Shown in pieces: positions 39,316-47,994 of a DNA stretch of 64,000 nucleotides (positions are counted from its first letter, which is position 1; each line of letters starts with the position of its first letter). Source of the DNA: Caldisericota bacterium (GTDB taxonomy: Bacteria > Caldisericota > Caldisericia > JAAYUI01); assembly GCA_029548865.1 (NCBI GenBank), contig JAKPMO010000002.1, positions 192,001 to 256,000 of the forward strand, read 5' to 3'. A program made the translations under genes and the position numbers. The notes under the pieces were generated by a model. That model had not been told where the DNA came from. It was given only the letters and a program-made list of their open reading frames with translations, and made no database searches.

Positions 39316-42300
39316 TTTACCGCCTCCTCCAAAACTGCATCAATCATGGATGCAAGCTGTTTTGTTGTGAAGCCGAGTTGCTCCATGGCTCCAGATGGGC
39401 AGGCCGCCGCACAGGCGCCACAGCCCTTGCACAGTGCCTCATCGACATTTGCAACCTGTTTCTCGCCAATGTTCTTCAAGTTTATTGCGCTGTATGGGCA
39501 CATTGGAAGGCATATCCTGCAGGCATCGCAGATGTCCTCGTTTACATTGGCAATTGCTGCTTCGGAAAGGAGCTTGTCCTTTGATATTACGGTGAGCGCC
39601 CTTCCTGCGGCGGCACTTGCCTGGGCAAGCGTTTCATCGAGCATCCTTGGGTGGTAGGCCATTCCTGCAAGATAGACTCCGTCTGTTGCGAAGTCCACCG
39701 GGCGGAGCTTGACGTGGGCCTCGAGGAAGAAACCCTCGTCGTTGATTGGTACTTTGAGAATTGTCCCGATGTCCTTGTTGTCGGGATTTGGTTCGACACC
39801 GGATGACAGGATCAGGAGATCTGCGGGTATCTCAAGGGTTGTCTTGAGAACTGGATCATTCACCCTGACAAAGAGCTTGCCATCATGTTTGATGACCTCT
39901 GGTTTGTGGTCCGGGTCCCATCTGACAAAGATTACGCCCTTTTCCCTTGCTTTGTTGTAATAGTGTTCCCTGAACCCGTAGGTGCGGATGTCCCTGTATA
40001 GGATATAAACTTCTGCGTTCGGGTTTTCCTCTTTTGCGAGATTGGCGTTTGCCACTGCCGTTGAACAGCATATACGGGAGCAGTATGGATGCTCGTCGTT
40101 TCTGGAGCCGACGCACTGTATCATTACAATGGATTTTGCGTTCTTGACGCCGTTTCCCTCTATAAGTTTTTTCTCAAACTCAAGCTGGGTGAGTACTTTT
40201 GGATCTTCGCCATAGAGATATTCTTTTGGTTTGTGTTGGTTGGCGCCTGTTGCAACAACTATTGCACCTACGCTTATCTCTTCTTTTTCTCCTGTGGTCG
40301 TATTTTTGAGAATTGGCTTGAAGCTGCCAACTGAGCCGGACAGATCGCCAAGAACAGTGTTCGTCTTGATTGTTATGAGCTTGTTTCTGGTGGCCTCAAA
40401 AATGAGTGATTTGAGATATGCCTGCATGTCGCCAACTTCGTTGGTGTATCTGGCATATTTGAGATTTCCGCCCAACTCGTCCGTTTTTTCAATGAGCGTG
40501 ACGGGGTAGCCATTTCTGGCTATGTCCAGAGCGGCATTCATTCCAGCCGCGCCACCGCCAATCACAAGGGCAGACTGGGTTACCGGCAGCGACCTTCTGG
40601 CGAGTGGCTGGAGCATTCTGGCCTTTGCAACCGCGACTCTTACGAGGTCTCTTGCCTTTTCTGTTGCATTGGCCGGGTCACCCTGGTGTATCCACGAGCA
40701 GTGTTCCCTGATGTTCGCCATCTCAACCAGATACGGGTTTAGCCCTGATTCCCTCAGAGTTTCCTGGAAAAGCGGCTCATGGGTCCTTGGTGTGCAGGAT
40801 GCCACAACCACCCTGTTCAGGTTGTTGTCTTTTATTGATTTGGAAATCAGTTTCTGAGTGTCCTGGGAGCACGTATAGAGATTGTGTTCTGCAACTACAA
40901 CGTTTGGCAATGTCTTTGCGTAGTCCATTACATCGACGACATCGACCGTGTTGGCTATGTTGATGCCGCAATGGCAGATAAAAACTCCAATTCTTGGCTC
41001 TTCGCCAAGGACATCTGTTTGTGGCGGGTACTCTTTCTCCACCAGGCAGGTTGCCCTTCCTGGTGCGCAATCGGCACCAGCTTTGGCTGAAGCCCCGATT
41101 GCCTGCGCCACGGTCTCCGGAATGTCTTTGGGGCCAGAGAAAGCGCCGGCCACATAGATTCCGCTCCTGCTTGTCGAAAGCGGGTTTGTATAGTCGGTTT
41201 TGGCAAAACCATCTTCAGACATTTCCAGTCCGAGGTTGTCTGCAAGTTTTTTTACTGTCTCCGAGGTCTGGAGTCCGACTGATAGCACAACGAGGTCGAA
41301 GGTTTCGGTTTTTTCAGTGCCGTCTTCAGATTCATACCTGAGCGTGAGATCATGTGTTACAGGGTCTTCCATGACTTCCGGGATGCGGGAGCGTATGTAG
41401 CGGATGCCGTATTCATTTTGTGCCCTGTTGTAGTACTGCTCAAACCCTTTGCCCACTGCCCTCATGTCCATGATAAAGATTGTCTGTTCAATGTCTGGGA
41501 CGTGCTCTCTTGTCATGATTGCTTCTTTGGTGGCGTACATGCAGCAGACGGCCGAACAGTAGGGTTTTCCGGCTTTGGGGTCCCTGGAGCCGATGCACTG
41601 GAGCCAGGCGATCTTTTTCGGGATTTTTCCATCAGACGGTCTCAGAACGTGGCCCTGATATGGGCCAGAGGCGTTCAGGACGCGCTCGAACTGTATCGAG
41701 CTGATGACGTTTGGATACCTGCCATAGCCGTATTCAGATTTTAGTTCCGGCCTGAATTCTTCAAAGCCAGGGGCCAGTATGACGGCACCGACATCAAGCG
41801 TTCTTTCCTCTTGCTTGTCGGAGTATTTTACGGCCTTGGCAAGGCAGACGTTTTCGCACATCTGGCAACCTATACATGCGTTCCTGTCGATTGTTGCCAC
41901 GAGTGGTATGGCCTGCGGGAATTCGATGAAGATGGCCTTTTTGCCAGCCAGCCCCTCGTTGAACCCCGATATGCAGTGGACCGGGCAATACTGCATGCAT
42001 GTTCCACAACCGGTGCAGAGTTTTGGGTCAACGTATCTTGGATAAACATTTACGTTGGCCTTGAAATTGCCAGGGCGCCCAGTAACGTGGGTCACCTCGG
42101 CGTTGGTGATTATTTCGATGTTCTGGTTCCTGCCGCATGAGACCAGTTTTGGCGAGAGGATGCACATCGAGCAGTCGTTGGTCGGGAATGTCTTGTCCAG
42201 CTGGGCCATTACGCCACCGATTGCTGGCGAGCTCTCCACCATGTAGACCTTGAAACCCGCTTCGACAAGGTCAAGGGATGTCTGGATTCCTCCGATGCCA

Positions 42301-42356
42301 CCACCCACAACGAGCACCGAACCGAATGTTTTGTCAGTTTTTCCTGTTGTTGTCAT
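39312..42356 (-). CDS. hdrA: Heterodisulfide reductase subunit A (long, two FAD modules)
   Basis: 'DKTFPTNDCSMC', 'QCIGSRD...CSAVCC', 'SCTPRTHE', 'QCVGSR...CSRICC', C-terminal ferredoxin. Confidence 0.94.
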   Translation of the reverse strand: MTTTGKTDKTFGSVLVVGGGIGGIQTSLDLVEAGFKVYMVESSPAIGGVMAQLDKTFPTNDCSMCILSPKLVSCGRNQNIEIITNAEVTHVTGRPGNFKANVNVYPRYVDPKLCTGCGTCMQYCPVHCISGFNEGLAGKKAIFIEFPQAIPLVATIDRNACIGCQMCENVCLAKAVKYSDKQEERTLDVGAVILAPGFEEFRPELKSEYGYGRYPNVISSIQFERVLNASGPYQGHVLRPSDGKIPKKIAWLQCIGSRDPKAGKPYCSAVCCMYATKEAIMTREHVPDIEQTIFIMDMRAVGKGFEQYYNRAQNEYGIRYIRSRIPEVMEDPVTHDLTLRYESEDGTEKTETFDLVVLSVGLQTSETVKKLADNLGLEMSEDGFAKTDYTNPLSTSRSGIYVAGAFSGPKDIPETVAQAIGASAKAGADCAPGRATCLVEKEYPPQTDVLGEEPRIGVFICHCGINIANTVDVVDVMDYAKTLPNVVVAEHNLYTCSQDTQKLISKSIKDNNLNRVVVASCTPRTHEPLFQETLRESGLNPYLVEMANIREHCSWIHQGDPANATEKARDLVRVAVAKARMLQPLARRSLPVTQSALVIGGGAAGMNAALDIARNGYPVTLIEKTDELGGNLKYARYTNEVGDMQAYLKSLIFEATRNKLITIKTNTVLGDLSGSVGSFKPILKNTTTGEKEEISVGAIVVATGANQHKPKEYLYGEDPKVLTQLEFEKKLIEGNGVKNAKSIVMIQCVGSRNDEHPYCSRICCSTAVANANLAKEENPNAEVYILYRDIRTYGFREHYYNKAREKGVIFVRWDPDHKPEVIKHDGKLFVRVNDPVLKTTLEIPADLLILSSGVEPNPDNKDIGTILKVPINDEGFFLEAHVKLRPVDFATDGVYLAGMAYHPRMLDETLAQASAAAGRALTVISKDKLLSEAAIANVNEDICDACRICLPMCPYSAINLKNIGEKQVANVDEALCKGCGACAAACPSGAMEQLGFTTKQLASMIDAVLEEAVK

Positions 42357-42366
42357 GGTGCTCCTT

Positions 42367-43152
42367 TCAAGCCTGGATGTACTGGAAATATCTGCCGGAC
42401 AACCCTGCCTCGTTCACCATTCCGGAGTGCTCAAGTTCCTGTATGAGATTGAACACTTCAGGTTCCGGAAAATTCGACTGTTTTGCGATTTCCGGTATTG
42501 TCATCGGTATCTTGTCAATTTTGCCAAGCACGGCGTAGAGACGATATTTGTGCTTGATCTTGTCAATAATCATCTCGTCAAATTCTTCCTGGGATATCTT
42601 GAGATCGTAGGTGTTGCCTATTTCGGTGAGCTGGTTTTCCTTGCCCACCATCCAGCCTATCTCAGGGTCCTGGGTGACTTTTCTTGCCATCATGAGCTTT
42701 TCCCTGACATCTTCAGGAGTGAAATTCTCAGTTTCTGCCTGGCCAAGCGGCCCAAGTTTCAGGATTTTTTTTCTGAACTGTTCAAGCGGGTCGCTGATGA
42801 GCTGGAGGAAACCCAGCGAAATTTCGACCCTTCCTGGGTCAAACCCTGCAAACTTGAGAAGGTTCTTTGCGAAGTGCATCCTTCTTTTTGCTATGAAATT
42901 TCCGTCCCTGTAGTTGCACTCGTATGAGTCGCACCCGGCCACAAAAACGCCGTCTGAGCCCATCTCCATGGCTTCAAGGACATTGTCTGCCATGACCCTT
43001 CCTGAGCAGAGCACCCTTAGTATTCTTGGTACGCCCCTGTAAGGTGCCCTTATTGGACCGACGAGGTCTCCTGAGGCCGATGAGCACCAGTTGCAGACAA
43101 AAGCGACAATCTTTGGGTTGAATATTCCTCTTTTTGCTGGTTGTTGTTCCAT
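42367..43152 (-). CDS. MvhD-like [2Fe-2S] protein with C-terminal winged-helix extension
   Basis: 'CNWC', 'LCSGRV', 'GCDSYECNY' then 'MTIPEIAKQSNFPEPEVFNLIQEL'. Confidence 0.82.
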   Translation of the reverse strand: MEQQPAKRGIFNPKIVAFVCNWCSSASGDLVGPIRAPYRGVPRILRVLCSGRVMADNVLEAMEMGSDGVFVAGCDSYECNYRDGNFIAKRRMHFAKNLLKFAGFDPGRVEISLGFLQLISDPLEQFRKKILKLGPLGQAETENFTPEDVREKLMMARKVTQDPEIGWMVGKENQLTEIGNTYDLKISQEEFDEMIIDKIKHKYRLYAVLGKIDKIPMTIPEIAKQSNFPEPEVFNLIQELEHSGMVNEAGLSGRYFQYIQA

Positions 43153-43160
43153 TTGTCCCC

Positions 43161-43826
43161 CTAGTATGACCTGATGACTTCTTTTATCTGGTCAGAGAGT
43201 TTGTCTGTGGTGTGGTAGTTCATGAATATTGCACCGTAAGGACAGCTTGTCGAACAGAGTGAGCAACCCCTGCAAAGCTCAGAGTTTGTTCTGGCTTTCA
43301 GGCCCCTCTCTGTCTGCACCATGGTGATGGCGCCAAACGGGCACACCTCGACGCAAAGTCCACAACCAACACAAAGATTGTCATCCCTCATCTCGACTTC
43401 TTCGTAGACAAGCGCATCTTTCGGACAGGCGTCTACGCAGGCCGGTATTGGAACATCAAGGCACCTGTCGCATTTGAGCACCTTGGTGTAGTCCTCATTG
43501 GGAAGCACTCCGCCGTATGGGCAGTTCATGACGCACATCCAGCATGCGATGCATTTGTCGTAATCGACATTGACCATTCCTGTTTCCGGGTCAAAGTGCA
43601 TTGCGCCGGTCATGCAGGCCGTTACGCATGGAGCATCGTCACAGTGCCTGCACCTTAACGGGTAGGGCCTGGTTCCGGCAAGCTCCACATGGACCCTCTG
43701 TTTTGAGAGTTGCTTGTCTATTTCGTGGGGTATTTCGGAATCTTCTGGAGTGTGTTTTTTGAGGCAAGCCCTTTCACAAAGCCTGCAACCAACACATTTT
43801 TCGAAGTCCACAAGGATTGTTTTCAT
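43161..43826 (-). CDS. Polyferredoxin: CooF/HydN-like 4x[4Fe-4S] domain plus 2x[4Fe-4S] tail
   Basis: Six cysteine cluster motifs including 'CRHCDDAPCVTAC' and 'KCDRC...PACVDAC'. Confidence 0.88.
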   Translation of the reverse strand: MKTILVDFEKCVGCRLCERACLKKHTPEDSEIPHEIDKQLSKQRVHVELAGTRPYPLRCRHCDDAPCVTACMTGAMHFDPETGMVNVDYDKCIACWMCVMNCPYGGVLPNEDYTKVLKCDRCLDVPIPACVDACPKDALVYEEVEMRDDNLCVGCGLCVEVCPFGAITMVQTERGLKARTNSELCRGCSLCSTSCPYGAIFMNYHTTDKLSDQIKEVIRSY

Positions 43827-43835
43827 TGCGACCTC

Positions 43836-45065
43836 CTAGAAAACCAGCAAGGCAAGCTTGTCTTCGAGGACATCTTCCTTGTGGCCTTTCACGGAAACCT
43901 GTTTTTTGATGAGACCGTTGAGGGTCCCTATCGTTGTTATCTTGCCAACAAACAGGGCGCCTATGACCTTGTCATCCATCAGAATGACCTTTCTGTACAG
44001 GCCCTCCCTGATGTTCTGGTTTATCATTACCTCAAACTGCCCGCCTGTTGGTTTTATGTTGCCTATTGAGATACAGGAGAGGCCGTAGAACTGGAATGAA
44101 TTCATCCAGAACCAGCCCCTGTATTCCCTTGGTATTCCAACCATGTTGAAACCGGCGATGCGGCCCTGCTCAGAGGCCCTTGGCCAGACGAGGTTTGTCG
44201 TTGATCTTCCGAATGATTCCTCAAAGGTCTCTGTGCAGTCGCCTGCGGCCCAGACGTTTGGAATGTTTGTCCTCATGTGGTTGTCAACGATTATGCCCTC
44301 GCCAGTCTTGATCTCGGTATTTTTGAGGAACTTGAGGTCAGGTTTGACGCCTTTTGCGAATATCAGTATGTCACATTCGTGCTCATCACCCGACTCGAGG
44401 ACAACACCTTCAACCTTGTCTTTGCCAAGGACTTCACTTATCGATGTGTTCAGGATGACCCTGATTCCCTTGCGGTCCAGTCTCCTTTTTACGATGGAGG
44501 CCGCCGTTTCGTCGAGCAGCTGTGACATGATCTGGTTTGAGGCTATAACGACCGTTACATCGAGCCCAGCATCGACAAGACCCTGTGCGGCCTTAAGGCC
44601 AACGAGGCCACCCCCGATTACAAAGGCCCTTCTGGCATCTTTTATTTTCTCTTTTATTTTTTGTGTTGTTCCAAGATCGGTGAACGTGTATATGCCATCA
44701 AGATCTTTTCCCGGCATGTCTGGAACCTGAGATTTTCCTCCTGTGGCTATCAGGAGTTTGTCGTAAGAGATTTCCTTGCCATCCTTGAGCGTTAGCCTAT
44801 TTGAGATTGGTTCGAATTTGACAACTGCGTTCCCAAGCTCAAGCTTGATGTCTCTTTTGTCGTACCAGTCCTGTTCGTGGTAGAACATTTTTTCAAGGGT
44901 TGTTTCACCACCAATGTAGTATGAAATGAGGGGCCTTGAATAGCTGAGGAAGGGTTCTTCACTGATCATGCAGATAGTTCCGTCCCTGTCTTCAGACCTT
45001 ATGGTGTCAGCGGCCCTCAAACCCGCTATGCCGTTTCCGACTATCACATATTTGTAGTGTTCCAT
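43836..45065 (-). CDS. NAD(P)/FAD-dependent oxidoreductase (rubredoxin/ferredoxin reductase-like)
   Basis: 'IVGNGIAG', 'YSRPLI', 'IATG', 'IGGGLVG', 'WAAGDC'. Confidence 0.9.
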   Translation of the reverse strand: MEHYKYVIVGNGIAGLRAADTIRSEDRDGTICMISEEPFLSYSRPLISYYIGGETTLEKMFYHEQDWYDKRDIKLELGNAVVKFEPISNRLTLKDGKEISYDKLLIATGGKSQVPDMPGKDLDGIYTFTDLGTTQKIKEKIKDARRAFVIGGGLVGLKAAQGLVDAGLDVTVVIASNQIMSQLLDETAASIVKRRLDRKGIRVILNTSISEVLGKDKVEGVVLESGDEHECDILIFAKGVKPDLKFLKNTEIKTGEGIIVDNHMRTNIPNVWAAGDCTETFEESFGRSTTNLVWPRASEQGRIAGFNMVGIPREYRGWFWMNSFQFYGLSCISIGNIKPTGGQFEVMINQNIREGLYRKVILMDDKVIGALFVGKITTIGTLNGLIKKQVSVKGHKEDVLEDKLALLVF

Positions 45066-45961
45066 CAGGCCTCCTTGACTCCAACAGCCAGCCTGTCCAG
45101 TATTGTTTTTGGTTTGACCCTGTTCAGGTTGAAGCCGAGATCTTTTTCATCAATTCCTATCGCCAGTCCGATGACTTGCGGGAGGTAGAGGACGGGCAGA
45201 TCAATCGGTTCGCCTATCTCTTTCTCGGCCTTTTTCTGGTTCCCCTCGTACTGGATATTGCAAAATGGGCAGTGGAGGACCATTCCATCAACATTGCCTC
45301 TGGCCTTGATTCTCTGCAGCTTTCCTGATGCGACCTTGATTGAAGTGGCTTCCCTGATGCCAAGGATTCCACCACCGCAGCATTCATTTCTGTTCATTAT
45401 GATGATGCTGTTTGCACCCGTTGCTTTTATCAGTGCATCAAGAGTTGTTGGTGCCTCGGGATCATCAAAACGTTTGAATGTTTCGCTTGGCTTGAGGTAG
45501 TGGCAACCTGCATGACTTACAAAATTTATGCCTGTTAGGGGTCTTTTTACTGCCTGTGAGATTTTCTCGGGGCCAATCTTTTCATGGAGCAATCTTGTGA
45601 AGTGCCATACCTTTGTGTCGCCGGTGTATGGCCCTGAGCCTGATTTCTCGAGCGTTGTGTTGATTCTTCTCCTGAGTTCCTTATCGTGTGCAAGCTCGAC
45701 TGAGGCTTCGGAGAGAGTTGAATTGCAGGCTGAGCAGAGAGTTACAAGTTCAAGACCCATATCCGAGGCTTTTGCCAGGGTGTTTGCAGACATCGCAAGG
45801 CAGGCATCCCTGTTGACATTGCGCATTGGCATTCCACAGCAGGATGGTTCGTTGATGTCAACAAACTCTATCCCAAAGGCTTCGGCCACTTTCCTTGCGG
45901 AAAGTTCGTAGTTGAGGGCCCTGGCGGGAATTGTGCAACCTGTGAAGAGGGCAAATTTCAT
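45065..45961 (-). CDS. hdrB: Heterodisulfide reductase subunit B
   Basis: Two CCG domains (GC...CCG...CSAC; GCH...CCG...CPFC), 'PVLYLPQVIGLA'. Confidence 0.93.
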   Translation of the reverse strand: MKFALFTGCTIPARALNYELSARKVAEAFGIEFVDINEPSCCGMPMRNVNRDACLAMSANTLAKASDMGLELVTLCSACNSTLSEASVELAHDKELRRRINTTLEKSGSGPYTGDTKVWHFTRLLHEKIGPEKISQAVKRPLTGINFVSHAGCHYLKPSETFKRFDDPEAPTTLDALIKATGANSIIIMNRNECCGGGILGIREATSIKVASGKLQRIKARGNVDGMVLHCPFCNIQYEGNQKKAEKEIGEPIDLPVLYLPQVIGLAIGIDEKDLGFNLNRVKPKTILDRLAVGVKEA

Positions 45962-46470
45962 TGTGCAGCCCCTTTCAGTTCTTCCTTCTCCAGGATCGCA
46001 TTTACAATTTCTTTTGAATTGGACACTGGTGGAAGCCCTATTTTTTCACGTTTTTTGTTATCAAAATCCGTGATTTCGTACATTCTGCCAAAATTTGAAA
46101 GAACACCAATCTGTGCGTTGTATGAAGGGTGCATGTGGCCTTCTCTTGTTGCCATGTTTTTGAGTGCGAACATGAGGTCTGTGATACCAACATCTTGGGG
46201 GCACCTCTCCTGGCATGTGTAGCAGTAGGTACAAAGCCAGATTGCTTCAGATTTCAAGACCTCTTCCTTCATACCAAGAATGACCATTCTGATTATTTTT
46301 CTTGGATTGTAATCTTCGTCAACTGCCCTTATCGGGCACGAAGCAGTGCATGTTCCACATTGGAAACAACTCTTGATTCTTTCACCGCCTACCTCTTTTG
46401 CGACCTGATATTTGAAACTGGGATCAAGCTTGGAGATTGGTAGGGTTGGTCTGTCAGCATTTTGACTCAC
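45958..46470 (-). CDS. hdrC: Heterodisulfide reductase subunit C
   Basis: 'CFQCGTCTASCP', 'WLCTYCYTCQERCP'. Confidence 0.93.
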   Translation of the reverse strand: MSQNADRPTLPISKLDPSFKYQVAKEVGGERIKSCFQCGTCTASCPIRAVDEDYNPRKIIRMVILGMKEEVLKSEAIWLCTYCYTCQERCPQDVGITDLMFALKNMATREGHMHPSYNAQIGVLSNFGRMYEITDFDNKKREKIGLPPVSNSKEIVNAILEKEELKGAAQ

Positions 46471-46534
46471 ACCAAAGCCCCCTTTCGGATTGATAAAGAT
46501 AAATAAGATTGATTGGAAACATCTTTCACTTGAT

Positions 46535-46562
46535 AGTCTAGGTTCCTTGGGAACTAAGTCAA
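46535..46562 (-). promoter_or_regulatory. Putative sigma70 promoter of the hdr-mvh operon
   Basis: Minus strand TTGACT-N16-TAGACT; imperfect palindrome in the spacer. Confidence 0.5.
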
Positions 46563-46611
46563 TAAGTCATGAAAATTCATTGTGAATTTGTGATACTTAA
46601 TATTCAACCTG

Positions 46612-46629
46612 ATGTGTACAATTTCACAT
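46612..46629. promoter_or_regulatory. Putative Rex operator
   Basis: ATGTGTA-CAAT-TTCACAT vs Rex consensus TTGTGAA-N4-TTCACAA. Confidence 0.45.
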
Positions 46630-46747
46630 TGGTTTTTGGATGGTTGACAAAAAAACCGGTAAAAACTTCAAAGTAAACCAAAGATTAAATACCCATTCTA
46701 AAGGGAGCGAAGTTGACCTTCTGTCCAATTCTTCTAAGATGGTCTAC

Positions 46748-47173
46748 ATGGAAGAGAATGTCCAGAAACAGACGTCCAAACAGGCACCAGAAGAAAATGA
46801 AGTGCTTTATAGTGTGATCGCCCACATATCCCTTGGTATTGTTGGTATTGCAGTGCTATCCGGCATGATTGCTTCTGTAAAAGACAGCAAATTTGCCCAC
46901 GATCACTCTGTGTTTTCGGTTATAAATGGTGTTTTGACCCTTGTTGTGATGTTTTCCTGGTACTATCTTTTTTTGGGTCTAGGTGCGCTCATGGGTCAGC
47001 AAGCAGTCTACGAATGGTACACAATGGGCATGATGTTATTCGTGATAGCATCGTTTGGAGGAGCCCTTTATTCAGCAATCATCGCATCCCTTGGCAAGAT
47101 ACCTTTTGTGCCATGGGTCTATCCGATTGCCAACAGATTTTTCAAGATTGATACACAGAAACCTCAGAGCTGA
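46748..47173 (+). CDS. Small membrane protein (DUF4870-like)
   Basis: Three TM segments, 'GKIPFVP'; start uncertain. Confidence 0.55.
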   Translation: MEENVQKQTSKQAPEENEVLYSVIAHISLGIVGIAVLSGMIASVKDSKFAHDHSVFSVINGVLTLVVMFSWYYLFLGLGALMGQQAVYEWYTMGMMLFVIASFGGALYSAIIASLGKIPFVPWVYPIANRFFKIDTQKPQS

Positions 47174-47901
47174 TGTTTCTTGGTTGAAATAGTTTTGATA
47201 GCTATATTGCCAATCTTAGTCACCAATTGAAGGAAGCCTGTTCCATTGCCAAGGGTCCCATAGGCCCTGGTTCTTGCATCCTGTTTTGTACCATCCTCTG
47301 ATTCCAGGGTTATTTGTCCGGTCGAGGCTGCTGCATTGAATTTAAGATCCGGGTCTGTGAGCGTTGCTTTTATCGTTCCGGTGAGTGATTCTATTTTGTT
47401 TGGCGAGTCTGTGGACAAAACCCCTAAAAAATCAATATCTCCGGTATAGCTGTATATGGACACGGAACCGCAAAAATCTTTTACAATGCACTCAGCGCCC
47501 GAAAGAAGCATTTTTAGTTTTCCTATGCACTGGGAAACGATCGCCTTGCCAGATCCCACCTGCAGATTGGCAGAACCATCGGTGCCTTCCACAGATAGGG
47601 AACCTGAATATACATTTGCTTTTAGATTGCATTTTTGTGGAACTTTTAGAAGAAGGTTGCCAGTCGGCCACTCTTTTTTTAGAGAATAGCCTATCCATGC
47701 ATATATCCATTGGAACCAGTTTACCTTGTATGAGTAGGACAATATGAGTTTTTCATCTTCTTGTAAGGATTTGAAAGCCATGTTTCTAAAATTTCCAGAT
47801 GCCTCTATGTCCTGTCTGTCCTCACCCTGGATGTAAAGTTTCCCGGAGTCAAGCTTTATGTGTATTTCTTTGTTGAAGGGGAATTTTTCCAGTTGTTCCA
47901 T
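47164..47901 (-). CDS. DUF4097-like beta-solenoid protein
   Basis: Repeating 'SG.L.V', 'TGDI', 'TGQI', 'GNI.I' units. Confidence 0.65.
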   Translation of the reverse strand: MEQLEKFPFNKEIHIKLDSGKLYIQGEDRQDIEASGNFRNMAFKSLQEDEKLILSYSYKVNWFQWIYAWIGYSLKKEWPTGNLLLKVPQKCNLKANVYSGSLSVEGTDGSANLQVGSGKAIVSQCIGKLKMLLSGAECIVKDFCGSVSIYSYTGDIDFLGVLSTDSPNKIESLTGTIKATLTDPDLKFNAAASTGQITLESEDGTKQDARTRAYGTLGNGTGFLQLVTKIGNIAIKTISTKKHQL

Positions 47902-47994
47902 AGTTTAAGGCTAACCATTAGAAGAATGTTCACAAGGTTTTATAGTTGAAATTGGGGTTCAACTATTGGCGGTGTTGTGCTCTAAGCATTACGA

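Noticed and set aside
35878..46470. Selenocysteine recoding in Hdr/Mvh genes
   Set aside because: All motifs are complete with Cys; no in-frame TGA is needed
35878..46470. Methanogenic or archaeal origin of the contig
   Set aside because: Bacterial core genes (tsf, frr, dnaB, MEP pathway, sigma factor); Hdr/Mvh occur in many anaerobic bacteria
47942..47966. 9-bp inverted repeat ATAGTTGAA/TTCAACTAT
   Set aside because: Could be a pfkA terminator or an operator; not assignable
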